From contig OZ024740.1 of assembly GCA_964016885.1 (NCBI GenBank), forward strand, positions 55,552,001-55,616,000: 64,000 bases of DNA, read 5' to 3'. The notes under the pieces are model-generated. The model did no database searches and had not been told where the DNA came from. It saw only the letters and a list, made by a program, of their open reading frames with translations. Source of the DNA: Eledone cirrhosa (lineage: Eukaryota). Positions 15,337 to 29,300 of the stretch are shown here, one piece after another (position 1 is the first letter of the stretch; each line of letters begins with the position of its first letter). Both the position numbers and the translations under genes were made by a program.

Positions 15337-15451
15337 CTGGATGTATGTGTATGTATATATATGTGTGTGTGTGTATATATATATATGTGTGTGTATGTGC
15401 ATATATATGTGTGTGTGTATGTATATGTATGTGTGTGTGTATGTATGTGTG

Positions 15452-15500
<49 letters not shown>

Positions 15501-15862
15501 ATGTATATGTATATGTATGTATGTGTGGATGAAGGTATGTGTGTATATATAGGTGTAAGTGCACTAAATCCCTTTCTATCAATCTCCCCTCTCCTACCGA
15601 CCACAGGAAGATATATGTATGTATATTGCTTCCAGCCCCTCACCGACCAGCAGCTGGCCATCTGGCCATTGCTAAATCTGACCCTTATAAAATAACCAAA
15701 ACCCCCAAATAACTTCTCATTCACTACCAGAAAGACACACAGCAGTCAACTTGCGGCTACCAAGATGAAAACTATTATGAAATCCCACAATGAATTTTAT
15801 ACTTGAATTTTCAAATCTCAAATTTTAACTCTTCTTATTATTAATTTTTCTTAATATTAATC

Positions 15863-15910
15863 AACATTTGAAAAGATGGCTTTTGCAGACCCATCGAAAC
15901 CGGTCATTTT
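15863..15910 (+). ncRNA. Type I hammerhead motif (U3:A8 variant) in the PLE1 pLTR
   Basis: aacat-TTGAAAA-GATGG[11 nt]CCATC-GAAA-CCGGTC-atttt; palindromic stem III ACCGGT; predicted cleavage after C15905; stem I has one mismatch. Confidence 0.7.
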
Positions 15911-16046
15911 TTATACCCTTTATTATTTCCTTACCTTATAAAATTATGTTTTTTCACAAAAAAGCATTCTGTCTCTTATATATTCCATGTGCCATTACCA
16001 ACCTCAATTTTCTCTATAACCTTCGTTTTGTGTAGTAAATTACACT

Positions 16047-16092
<46 letters not shown>

Positions 16093-16096
<4 letters not shown>

Positions 16097-16335
16097 GTAA
16101 TCTGAGTTTTTCTAATATTAATAATAGCATTCGATTCGATTGCAATTATACAAACAGGCTTTATTTTTATAGCCATGTCAGTAGAATGAACACTTCATTC
16201 TTGCTCTTGTGTTGTCATGTAAACAGAACTATACAAATGAGGCTTGTTTCTATAATTGCAAACGAATCGAATGTTATTATTAATATTCGAAACACTCAGA
16301 TTACGTTTATTGTATTCAGCCATGTGGAGCGAAAT
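16093..16335. repeat. Fold-back fragment of the 34-35 kb HHR repeat family
   Basis: 16093-16229 aligns with 34735-34868; 16229-16335 is an inverted copy of the same family; flanked by TA and CT/TA microsatellites. Confidence 0.8.
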
Positions 16336-16343
16336 TTTCTATT

Positions 16344-16441
<98 letters not shown>

Positions 16442-16451
16442 AACAAGTAGG

Positions 16452-16547
16452 ACCCCGACGGCTGAGCTCAAGCCGTCTCGACGGCTAATTCTGGACTAAA
16501 TGAAATTTTTTATCCTGGTAAATGAATAGCCGAACTTCTCAGGTGGT
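16452..16547 (-). ncRNA. Hammerhead motif with long stem II insertion, PLE2 3' pLTR (GAAA mutated to GAGA)
   Basis: CTGAGAA core, CGGCTA/TAGCCG stem II, ACGGC/GCCGT stem III, GTC site; same sense as the ORF. Confidence 0.55.
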
Positions 16548-17658
16548 AATTCCATATATGGTAAAAGTGATTGTCACAAGGATTGGTCAAAAGTTTGTTG
16601 TTGAGACACATGATTCTATCATGGCATTTTGTGGAAGGTAGGGGTAGCTGAACTTGCCAGTAGAAGAAAGAGGGAGAGGGAGTGGAAGAAACCAAGTCAA
16701 GCGTTGAAAGTGACAACTACAGCAGATTCTAAGGATAGAAGGTCGAAAAAAGTATACTAGAGAAGGGGAGGGAGGAGGAAGTTGAAACAATAAGTAAATC
16801 TAAATGGAGTAAATATATAAAAATATAAAAATATTAAAAATATAAAAAAAAAACAATTTCAGGTTACTAGTCCCTTCTACAATCATCAAATCTCTCACTG
16901 GTACTGCTAAGCTATAGAAAAGTTTAATAGGTGGGACGGAATACTAAATACGAGATTGTAGTGAAAGAATTTTATGAGTTAGTAGAAATCGGCCAAATCT
17001 ATCTTACAATGACAGGTCAATAAGTAGGGGGCCAACATACTAAAAAAACTAATACGAAATAATAATTCAGAATCCCGAAACTAATACGAAATATTAATTC
17101 AGATTCCCGAAACATGAATACTAATACGATATATATAAGTACTGCTACAATACATAAATTCTAATACAAACTACATAAATACTCATACAATAAATATAAA
17201 AAAACTAATACAATATATATAATAACTGCTACAATACATAAATTCTAATACAATCTACATAAATACTCGTACAATATATATCAAAAACTAATACGAAAAA
17301 TTCATTCAGAATCCCCCCCAATATACTGATATACGAGAAACTAAAGCAGAAATACCACTAAGAAATCTAGAAATCACGGAAATGGGGCAGCAATCAGAGA
17401 AGAAAGCAAGTATCTTAGGTCTAGCACATCTGCTATAAAAAGTGGAATCAGCCAATTCTATCATAAAATAAGGAGGGTGGAGGTACTGAGGCTACAGAGG
17501 ACCGAATGGCTGCATCGGGGTGGGCGAGAAGGTGAAAAGAACGACGACAAAGAAGGAGATCTGGGGTGGAAGGACTAGGAAGGGATGGGGGAAGATGGAA
17601 ATATAGAGGAAACGATAGAAAATATATAAAAAGTTACGTCTACCTTTGTAAGCAGGGG

Positions 17659-19820
17659 TTACCCCTTACAAAGTCGGCAAGTGGGGTGTTTCAGCCCTTG
17701 TCTACTCCCCGGGTCATTATGGGGTTTGAGGGCGAGGTAAGTCCTACGCAATCTGTGTTTGCATGCAGTTACCAGATCGTCTTTCTTGTTTAAGACTTTG
17801 TCCGTCGAAAACAGCATTTGTAATGTTTCCTCCGAGCATAAGTTACACGGACGGTGTCCTCCCGTGCAAGAGTTGTCTCTGGACAGTAAGCTCCAAGTGA
17901 GATTATAGGTTATATTGTTATCGTTGAGGTCCCAGATGTGGCCCGAAAGTGTAGTGGCGTGACGCCGGACCGGGTTTCGGAAAGTATGTCTGTGTTGGTA
18001 TAGCCAGGTCTTGAACTCACAAGCGGTTAATCCTATATAAGCTTTGTTGGAGGTGTCCGTCATCACGTTGCACTGGTAGATCACATTACGAACTCTACAT
18101 CTGTTGTCGAGGGGGCTAAGGGATCCATCAGAACAGTTACACCGCTTGGTCGGCTCTCCACTGCTATCTAGGTTATTTCTTCCATAGGGGTTGAGTTTTT
18201 TGTTGTTAGAGGAGACGATGTTTTGTGCAAAGTTATGTGTGGTGCTGTAGGAGAGTTTGATGGTATTTTTGTTGATTATGTTGTGGTAGCGGTGTTGTAG
18301 TGGGAAGTGTTTTCGATGAGCCTAAAGAAGATTTTCCCGATAAGTGTTGTCACCTCAGCATTGTGGGGAGGATTGAACCACGTTACGTTGCGTGAGCGGC
18401 GCTGTCGCCTGCTGGTTCCGCTAATGGAAGCTGGGCAATAGGATATTTCCTCCCGGCAGCCACTCCGCTTGCGGGCCTGGTTGTAATAAGGCGCATGTTC
18501 CTCGAATATCTGCTCATTAGCGGACAAACGAGATATGCGGAGGGAGATGTTTTTAACTAGGTTATTGGTGATGTTTCTAGGATGGTTCGACCGGCGGTGT
18601 ATGTAGTGCAGGTTGTCGTTTGGTTTCCTGTATGGGTAGTACAGATCGTTATCGAGGTTAAGGGTAACGTCCAGGAAGTTTACTCGGGTTAGGGACGTTT
18701 GTAGGGTTATTTTAAATCCCCAGTCGTGGAAGAAGCTGATAAATTGTTTACGGACCCGGTCTGTACTACTGGGGTTGTACCCTTTAAGGGTTAGGAGCCC
18801 ATCAACAGGTACAAACCACCGCCGAATGCCGGAAACATATCGGTGAGTTTAAATAGTAGGAATAATCCTATAAGATCTGTGACCTCAGCCGAATCCGTCG
18901 CGCCCATACTGACGTCGAAGGGGGTGTCAGGAGCTCTCTTTATCCATTTGGAGTTGTCGAAAAGTAGGACTGTCTTCCTGGCGTGGAGGATGATATTTCT
19001 TTCCTGGTCGGTGATGGGCGCAAGTGTCTCGACAAAATCCAAGGCAGCCGTAAGGAGCGGTAAGGTAATTGAAGCATAGTAACTCTCTATGTCAAACTGG
19101 ATGAATTTTGTGTCTCGTTAGTCCTCCATATTGCTGAACCATGAGATTACTTCCTGGGTGTTGACCCATAGGCTAAGTCTGGCGTTTTGCTTATCTTTTG
19201 GTATAACGCGGTCTAGGATTTTTTTACTGATTCTCCCTATGTCGGACTTCTTTGGGTTTATAAGCCTGATAGATGGTTTACGCTCGAAATCGGATTTGTG
19301 CTCCTTCAGTGTGAAGTAGGGAGTCTGTGGGTCTAGGGGTTCTGTGCGGTCGGCGACCCCGAGGCTGAAGGTAATTTGATGTCCATCTCGATTTTTGTCC
19401 TCGATGCTTGAGTGGTTAGCCTTTTTATAGGTGGAGTTTAGGCAGCTCCTGATCAGTGTGTGGTATCTGTCGGGGTTGACGAAGTAGAGGTTACCAGTTT
19501 TATCCGAGTGCACCATGATGTCATTGGTGTTTTCATACTCTGTTAAATTGCTACGGAGTTTTTGTAGGAATCTGTTGTGTCTGGGTTTGAAGTTAATGCT
19601 CTTGAGCAGTTGGAAAAGGTCATTCTCGAAGGGTGAGACCATAGGATTCGGAGGGGGAGATTTGTAGGTATTAAATCCGAATCTCTCCTTGGTATCGAAG
19701 TCCTGATTGTCGCAATATCTGTCGTAAAAAAAAGTTCTCCATCTTAGTCTTTTCGCAAAGAGGTCGAGTTTTTGCGTGAGCATCCGAAGGTAGAGTTTTC
19801 TCGGTGGGACTGGGATGTTC
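17659..19820 (-). pseudogene. Penelope/Naiad RT plus GIY-YIG polyprotein, disrupted
   Basis: NIPVPP..LRWR, DKTGN, RLINP.KSDIG, FDVSMGATDSAEVTDLIG, GGGLY (YRDD disrupted), WFNPP, CNC..PLDNRC, VIY..YIG, CNLC..CKH across ORFs 19118-19783, 18791-19042, 18276-18527 and 17659-18084. Confidence 0.92.
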
Positions 19821-20109
19821 TTTATATTTTTTATATTTTTATATTTTCTATATATTTACTCCAATTAGATTTACTTATTGTTTCAACTTCCTCCCCCTCC
19901 CCTTCTCTAGTATACTTTTTTCGTCCTTCTATGCTTAGAATCTGCTGTAGTTGTCACTTTCAACGCTTGACTGGGTTTCCTCCACTCCCTCTCCCTCTTT
20001 CTTCTACTGGCACCCCTACCTCCCACAAAATGCCATGATAGAATCATGTGTCTCAACAACAAACTTTTGACCAATCCTTGTAACAATCACTTTTACCATA
20101 TATGGAATT

Positions 20110-20205
20110 ACCCCCTGAGAAGTTCGGCTATTCATTTACCAGGATAAAAACTTTCATTTAGTCCAGAATTAGCCGTCGAAACAGCTTGAGCACAGCCGTC
20201 GGGTT
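20110..20205 (+). ncRNA. Hammerhead motif with long stem II insertion, PLE2 inverted pLTR
   Basis: acccc-CTGAGAA-gttCGGCTA...TAGCCGtc-GAAA-cagc..gccGTC-gggtt; the consensus of the two copies gives perfect stems I and III. Confidence 0.6.
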
Positions 20206-20296
20206 CCTACTTGTTCCTATTACCAACTCTACTACCCTAAGTATTGAGTACTTTGGTGCGTTATGGTCCATCTGGTTCCTTACCACATTTCCTGCG

Positions 20297-20336
<40 letters not shown>

Positions 20337-20356
20337 GAATACATATATATATATAT

Positions 20357-20560
20357 GATAAAGAACACAAGAGCGTCTACAACATCAAACGTAGGATTCG
20401 TCAGAGCTATAAAAGGGGTTTGATTGGTGTTATGGACTCTACCAACCAAACATTCAAGAACAAAGAGTAAAGAGAGTAAAGAGCAAAAGTAGGGGACGAT
20501 AAGTCTAATTTTGGTGCAGGAGGGTGGGGTGTGGGTCCTTGTTTACTAGCTGCGGTCATA
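20357..20560 (-). mobile_element. pLTR fragment of the 52.3-52.5 kb family with a deletion through its HHR
   Basis: Reverse complement of ~52279-52523, lacking ~39 nt between TCCTACG and TTTGATG. Confidence 0.85.
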
Positions 20561-20653
20561 TATACGGCTCTGCTCCAAATCATAGAGCTAATTATTATGC
20601 TGCCAATACCTTAATGGGACAAGGGTATACAATACCTAACTCCTATTAACCTA

Positions 20654-20765
<112 letters not shown>

Positions 20766-20975
20766 CATAAGCGTGTATTTATTTGTGTGATTTGAGACCG
20801 TGTGTAGTAATCTATACAAGGTCAGATGGATAGGGCCAATGACCATATAGAAAAATTGCGATGAAAATGTTGACAATTTATAATAATTGATAAATGACTT
20901 GTTACCTTAATAGATTTTATGACTGATCTTGAAATATTACCATATTACCTTGTATACGTACTCATATTCACACTC

Positions 20976-21071
<96 letters not shown>

Positions 21072-23677
21072 ATTTTTCTAAGTGTGTGTGTGTGTGTGTG
21101 TCTGGCAATACAAAGATAAATGTTCTTGTTTGTTTTAAGCAAGTACAATGCGGTAAAATTACCATGGGAAAAAAATAACAAATCAAACAAAACGAAACAG
21201 AGTAATGTTTTACTTAGTTTTTTTATAGCATGATATTTCATGGCTATTAACTCTTTTCAGTTGCAAAGCTGAAATTTTCCAAGACAGCTAGAAAAAGCAG
21301 CCCGATTCACCGAAATGTTATACTCAAACCACAAGGGAGTTATTAACAAATTAATTGAAGATATATATATATATATTTATACACAAGTATAGACATACAT
21401 ATGAGGGAACCAACCAATACCAGTAAATATCATATAACAAATAGATAAATTTTATACAGACCTGAAGATATTCTTGGAAAATGTAATTAGAGTGGACAAA
21501 CTTGTAGTGTTGAGTGATAGGAACGCTCGTGTCGGCTGTAGCTCTACTATATGGAGCAGCATAGGTTGACATGAAATGTGAATGTGTAATAGCAATGGAG
21601 GTTTTCTGTTTCAGGTGTACCAGTAAATCAATCATGTCATTGAAAACACATGGTTCAAACAGAGGAATAAGTACAAGAAGTTCTGGATGCAAATGCGTGT
21701 GCTTGTCTGTGTATGAATGTTGGATAGCAATATGGTCTATTGTATGTTTGGATGACATTTACATGCTTAAAGTGTACTTATACTCCTTAAGCATAAAATG
21801 TGACAGATTATACAAACATTATTTTAAAACGTCGACAGAAAATGGTATAGTTAACGGTTCATAATCAATGTCATGATTAATGTTTTCAAACAACTCAATG
21901 GAATTATGAAAAAGCTTTTTTTTTAAATAAATGTTCTTTGGTATAAATGGAATACGTTTTATTCTACACCCCCACCCACCTAATAATTCTTAAATGCACA
22001 TTGTAACTTTTCACATAAAATAGCCACGTTAGCAGAGGAAACAATTCAAAACATTTTCGAAAAGAAAGAAAACGCCGTTTTCTTGGTAGCACTTATTTAG
22101 TTAACCAAATGTCGCCCTGTCTCACATCTCGTCCACATAAAATTTAATGTAAATAGATGTGTTGCTAAACAGTTCTATTACAAACATGGTAATAATATAA
22201 ATTCAGAGAAGCTTTCGTCGTAATCTAATTCATCACATCCTAAAGAACAACACATAATAGAGAACATTAATTTCTTTTTTTTATATAAATATATATATAA
22301 ACATAAACACTAGAGCGAAAAAAATCTGTTATATTTGTAAAATCTTCCCTCTACTATCATGAGAGTCAGATTTCATTTTTATTTGACAGTTTTTTTAGAC
22401 AATAGCGCCTGTAGTTGGATCACATTTCGACCTCGTTGTCATCGTTGACTTCATAAGATTTGAAATGTCAGCAGAAAATTTAGAACCGTTAAGAAAAGGC
22501 AGATATCTTATATGTCCTGAGGGAATCGCTGCAGGCAAGTATTAATACTACTGAACAACACTGCAAGAAGAAGAAAAAGAAAAAAGGCTCATTCCTTGAG
22601 ATTCTGAACGAAGACTTTCGGCAAAGAGATATGTGTGGTCTTACAAGTGTCTCTAGTAATTATCCTCCGACATGTTTCAAGCAAACTAGAGGTCGTGGTG
22701 CCGTTAACAAAATTGTACAAGGAATTACTAGCCCGCCGGTAATCTACAGTCAACTCTTCCCCTGTTCCGTCATATGCTGACATCAAAAACTGTGAATAGA
22801 CCAGCATTTTCTAAGATACCAAGTATTAGCTTTCATTAGTATTCATGAAATATGTAAATTACCACCTACTAATAAATTCCACCAGTTCAATCATTTAAAC
22901 ATTTAAAATATTTGTAAAAAATAACTGCAACAAAATATCATAATGTAATCTACTATTTCAGTACACATTGTGCATACATATATGCACGCTGCATGTGAGT
23001 GTGTGTTTTGGACTGAGCTTTATGTTTGTGTAAAGAATTGGAATGAAAACATTGATGGAGACAAAAAAAGTATAACCTATGGAAAATTCTTTAAAATTAT
23101 CCACACGCATTTTTTTGTTTGTCTCCCTTTGTGTATATGTCACTCTCTGATAATATGTAAATATAGTTATAAGTCGCAATATATCAATCTACACTTCCTC
23201 GACATCCACTTACGTGTCTATACAGAGGGGGATCACAATGTGAACAAAATTATGCACTCAACACTGGCATACGACTTTCAGCATTGATTGACATATCTCC
23301 TTGGCACAATTCAGTAACTCACCTAAGTCTAGTATCGCAACGTTCTCTATCACAATTAGACTATGTAATGCATGAATTTTACAAAATGTACGGCTATATA
23401 TACAATTATACACGCCTTTGTGCATACTCAGATATATCAATCTCTTCACGCATCTGTACCACTGTATTTATATCTGCATGCCTGACAAGTGAGAGAAATT
23501 GAACATAATTAAGGTCCTAATATTTTTTATTATATAAGATTGTGTAATATATTGCTGTTTTTCTATATATACATACAGTATATAGCAATATATATTTCTA
23601 TATTTCAACACACGTTTTCAGATAAAGGAACCTTGCGAGACAAATACAGAATGAAGTATATATATCTATATCTATCG

Positions 23678-23768
<91 letters not shown>

Positions 23769-23883
23769 CAGATAAATGGATAGATACATACGTACGTAAA
23801 TGCATGCATACATACATAAATACATGCATACATGTATACATACATACAAATATCTATATCTATACATACACACACGCACACAC

Positions 23884-23970
<87 letters not shown>

Positions 23971-25294
23971 CATATATATATGCATGCCGTTACAGTAATC
24001 TTTGTGCGTATGTGTTTGAATGTTTGTGTATGCGTGTTTCTTAAAATCTATGGAGGTTTTTCATCTATTAAGAGCCTGTTGCAAAGAAATTGACTATGGT
24101 CTCTAGTGCTAAGAATTTATGTTGATGTAAATGTATCTGTTTATGCATGCAATTGCTATTTATACTACCTTCCATTAGTCTCAAATAGAGAATCTTTGGA
24201 ATTTTGTAACAGAAATTCAATAATATCTATGCTAGTATATTTTCTTCTATAGTAGACAATTGCATTTATCCACGTAGGTACGTATCTTTGAATAGATGTG
24301 TACATGTAGATGTTTGCATACATTTTCCTCTACATATTTCTATCACAGATTTTATCTACTTGATTATGTGTCAATGGATAGTAAGAAAGCAGATGGTAAA
24401 TTTATCACTGAAATAAAACAGAATTTCTCTTCCATCTAATTTCTCATTATTTCTCTCAAGCTCTATGTTGTCTGTGGCTTTGAAATTGTAATTCTTTCAT
24501 ATATCTATCAACATTTCTGATGCATATGACCCTATGATTTGAATGGTTGGCTATGGAAATGGACCTCTGGTGCGAGAGCGGTTTATATTTCGTGACTTTC
24601 CTTTTAATTGGGAACTGAATGCTGTGTAGTGTTTGATACAAGACCATTTAGTGAAACATGTCTTTACCATATGTAGTTGTCGTGTCTTCATTCCGATATT
24701 AACACGATACTATTCATATGAGGAAAATATTTTGTATAGCATTGCACGAATAAATGTCTGTATGTACAAGTATAGGTCTAGGTGTATGTTTCACACGGCT
24801 TGATATATTCAATTTAAGTTCTGCTACGTAAACTATTTTTAATATCCTAGCTAAATACAAATATGAAAATCGATGATGTTTCGTCTTCCTTTTCATATAA
24901 CAGAACAAGTTCATATTCTGAAGGCGTACAATTTTAGCAAGTCATTATAATTCTGCCTCATAATCCCCGTTGTTATTAGTCATCCATGAAGTTTACTGCT
25001 GTCTTACTACTGTAACTCTCCTGAGGTGAAAAGTGGGCAGTCAGGATGTAGTTAAATTTATCAATATCCAGGAAAGCCAATATATTATATTGTATTAAGT
25101 TACGGTTGTTTAATAATTCATTTCTTGGGTAATAATGATTAGTAATTAAATATCTTTAAGAAAATCTGAAATGTTAAGGACAACGTAATTATAATCTTTT
25201 AGATTCAAATGTCCTCAATTCATAAATAATATTCTGAGTATTTGGGGTATAATTTAAAAATACTACAATAACATATACTTATTGCTATAGTAAT

Positions 25295-25475
25295 GGTTGG
25301 CAGTATCGGTAGAGGGTCGGACCCCATGCTTTCCAGCATAGAGTTACGGCCCTTTATGATCTGAGTTCAAATCTTGCCGAGGTTCACTTCGCCATTCATC
25401 CTTACGAGGTCGATAAAATAAAATACCAGTAATGTACTGGGGTAATTGTTGGCATTGTGCCAAACGTAGAAACAA
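25295..25475 (+). mobile_element. tRNA-derived SINE (octopus-type)
   Basis: A-box-like TGGCAGTATCGG, B-box-like GAGTTCAAATC, conserved body; flanking direct repeat ATTG(C/T)TATAGTAATG as a likely TSD. Confidence 0.85.
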
Positions 25476-27535
25476 TTGTTATAGTAATGATTGTATAGAT
25501 GAGAAGCAGATATATCTAAAAAAATATATGGTTTGGTTAACTTGGAAAGTATGAATAATTTTCAATTCATGCGCATTATTAGATGTTCTCTGTTAAACAG
25601 AATAATTCTGAAGTTATAATCTGCGTCTATAACCGATTTATGTAACTCTCAAATATCCCAATCTAACGAGCTGTAATATCTATGTCAAATTTCAATTCTG
25701 TGTTTACTGAGGATTGTTAATAAAACTACTGTTAGTCGATCCAAAATCAATGTGAAGAGCTTCAACACAGTTGTGCCTACCAACATTCACTTACAAATTG
25801 TTAGTCAACCGTCGACTACACTTTTAGACAGAAATATTATAGGGATCAAGCTTGAAACCACGAAGTTACGAAGCTAACATTTGAATCGTACAACAATAAA
25901 TCCGCCTTACTTAAGAATCAGCTTTACATAAGCTAATTGATAATAGTGATGTTTCCTATGTTTGTGTGTTTTTGTAAGCATATACAGCTCACCTGACTGG
26001 GCTTTCGTACATGAGAATCTTATGGAAACCACTTCACATAAGCTTACATAGGTGACAAATATGTGCAGGCAGATATATTTATGAAATTGAAATTGATTAA
26101 ATTAAAAGAACGATGAACAAAACGTATGTTGTAAAGTTCAAAACATGAAATGTTAGCAAAGAAAGGCAGTGATAATTACGGCGAACAAATAGGAATTAAA
26201 CGACTTGTGTTAGAATATATTTAAAGCCATTTCAGGAGTAAATGTAAATAATACGCAACGCACGGAATGTCTTGACGCAAGTCTAAATGGGAGATTCAAA
26301 ATATGACACCTTTTCTTAAATATCTACGAAAATTAAAATAGCCCAAACGGAAATGAAAACTAGGAATATAGACACAATCGATTTTGTACTTATAACAATG
26401 TTGATTGGTTTTCTGTGCAAACGACATTTTTACCTGCTCCTAAATTAAGTTAGTCGAATTTATATTGATATGTTCGCTAATTAGATTTGAGCTTACAGTC
26501 TTTGTGAGTGTCATCGATCTTTCTTCAACAAGGCATTTTATTATATAAGAGTATATGACATGCATTCACGTGTTAATGAATTATGTTCTATATGAACATA
26601 TATTTTAGTTAGCAAGTAAATCAAAATAATTTGAAAATCATAGGCAACATATTTTCATTAGAAATATGGTGACATAAGGGTTAAAAGAATATAATACCCT
26701 AAAAACCATTAATCTGGATAGCTAAATATGGAATGTTACGCGATGACCCCAAAACACACACACACAGCCCCGGCCGACAAGATGGAGAAGGCGTTCCCGC
26801 GGAGGACGGCAAGGGAGACGCGCTGGAAAAGCCAACATTTTGTTTTGATTATTTTCTGTCTTGTTATATGTATTACGAAATATAATTATTGTTGTTTCAA
26901 TAATAATATCGTATGAGTATATTCTGGAATATTATGAATTTTGCAACTAATTCTCATTCAGCTTGTATACGACAAGGAATTCGAGATGATTTTATTTCGA
27001 TTTATTTAAGCCTGTTATATAGATATATATAGGCACATGAATATAAGTCTCTGCATATGTGTGTGAATGTATGCTTGTGAGCATAGATGTATTTGCGGCT
27101 ATGCTATGAGCACGCATGTGTCTCTGTGCGTGTGTGTTTGTTTGTTGAGAACTGATAATGGATACATAACTATCTACATGAAAAAATCATGTACAAAAAC
27201 TGGAAATTGATAAAAGCAGCTAGTTGTAAGAAACGAACAAATCCAATTTTTCAACATTAGCTGTCTATACTGATATACATTTAGCAGACATTTTGTTTTT
27301 GGTCAAGCTGGCTGCTAATTTAATGTCCAGCAGAGTACGTCTTGTTAATTGAATCAAAACCTTACTTTTACGGACATTTTAGCTTCATTTTTCCATCAAT
27401 GATGATAAATTCAGCTGGAAGCAAGCTGGGACTGAACTCGATTTCTAGCTTTTATACGAAATATTTTACTGCCTCGAGGCTTACACAATATGTATGGATA
27501 TATATAGTCTTTCTCTAACCCTCACACTCGTTCTA

Positions 27536-27745
27536 TGTATGTATGTATATATGTATGTATGTATGTATGTAAATATGTTTGTATGTTTGTATGTATGTAT
27601 GTATGTTTGTATGTATGCATGTATATATCTGTGTATGTATGTTTGTATGTATGTATGCATGCATATATGTATGTATGTATGCATGCATATATGTATGTAT
27701 GTATGTATGTATGCATGTATGTATGTATATATGTATGCATGTATA
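27536..27745. repeat. (TATG)n microsatellite
   Basis: Directly visible. Confidence 0.95.
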
Positions 27746-28949
27746 TAATTATGTATATCTATATTACAGATTATTTGTACGTCGGCGTGTATGTGTGTGT
27801 CCGTATGCTTATGTATCCATGTCAGTGTTATGTATACGTGCGTTTATGTGTACGTGTGTGAATACATATTGGAGATATTCCTAAACAGGAGATGAAATAA
27901 TACCTAAATATGCCGATTTTCCCAGTGGGTTTTAAGGAAATTTGGTTTTTCGATCTATCTCCTTGTTATTTTCCTAAATTTTTCATTATCTGATATTATT
28001 ATAAGTATTTCCATGTCTTGATATTTTAGACGTTAGACTTGCTAAGAATGAGTGTTTGTTTTCTAATTCCAAGGATAATCCACTTCAATCAATGTTTTTC
28101 TCTTAGTGTGTGAGTTTATATGCCCCCTTTATTCCTTTATTCTTACTACTATTTACAATCACTTAAGATTCAAAGTAAACACAAAGCACTCACGCATACA
28201 CTAAAACATACACACAAACGCATGCAAAGACAACCACTCACACAAATATATTTTTCTAAGTAGTCTTCGTGCACATTCCTCTATGCTAAAAACGTCTCTC
28301 TATTAACATTATTTTAGAAATAGTGTAATGACCATCAAGTTGTGTGAATCTGGAACAGGTAAAAACTACCAGAGGAGTATTAGATAAAGACAGTATGAGA
28401 ATTTGTTTAACTTATAATTAACGTTTTTATGTATAGTCTGGCAAGTTTCCTGACCTGAAACAGTGTGTTTAAACTTATATAGTCGTATTTTGGAAGGGCC
28501 ATGTTGCAAAGTAAACGCATGGATTGATTAAGTCTCATTTCACTTACCATTCAATTAGTCTATCAACCAGCCGAATAATGAGGTAAGAAATTCATCGTAT
28601 ACGTTCCTTCATCGCAGCTTGTGATATTTTATTACTTTTGCTCTCTATCACTCCGTTTCATTCACACACAATCCATTTAGCAATTAATTTTAAAGCAATA
28701 TATATTTCAGCACAGAATACAAGTAATGAAACAAAATAATAACCATCACAATCTATACCATTTTGCCACTAAGAAAACAATTTATTCCTGTAGTATAGAA
28801 TTAGGGCGTTTTGAAACTTAGAAAGCATTTTTACCTGTTGCTCATTGTGCAACACCTCATTTTTCAGATATGGGGATACTTGAAATTGTTTTCGACTTTT
28901 GGAAAGAGATCTGTGAATTATCCTGGGTGAGGAAAAATTTGCTCTCATT

Positions 28950-29300
28950 TTCTTCAAATATTGCAATATCATTTACAAGTCATTTTTTCGGCTTTTGTCG
29001 TGGAGAAAAATCGTCGATTTACTGGCAATACATTCACGCCGGATCAGGTTCACCAGGTTTTAAGATTCAATAGGTCATAATGGATAATTCTAATTACCGA
29101 AAGTCAAAGCTATACCTTATTATAACATAGTTTTACTTCTGTAAAATGTTTTTGTTTCATCTCGAAACTAAAACACTTGCTCAAAAAGAAGCTGCGCGGA
29201 AAGCCTTTGGTTGTACTAAGGAAACCATTTATCAGCATATATCATTTTACGATCAAGGAATGGATTGTTTTGTCGCCCAAAAGAAGCGGTGGGCTTAATA
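28950..29300 (-). mobile_element. Possible decayed Tc1/Tc3-like transposase remnant
   Basis: Faint minus-strand motifs only (PPLL, FRDETK cf. FSDE, GEPD cf. DGPDG); no TIRs confirmed. Confidence 0.2.

Larger units (their letters stand above)
16439..20317 (-). mobile_element. PLE2: near full-length Naiad-like Penelope element with inverted pLTR
   Basis: RT plus GIY-YIG on the minus strand; 16439-~16845 is the reverse complement of ~19820-20220; (TA)n on both flanks. Confidence 0.9.

Noticed and set aside
10425-15724. Long YI/HT/CV-rich ORFs (and similar ones across the window)
   Set aside because: They are translations of dinucleotide and tetranucleotide microsatellites, not genes.
25295-25400. 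tRNA gene
   Set aside because: A and B boxes are present but there is no cloverleaf, and the same body recurs many times, so it is a SINE head.
26760-26835. Short GC/CpG-rich patch as a promoter or ncRNA
   Set aside because: Only ~75 bp with no identifiable motif or second copy in the window.
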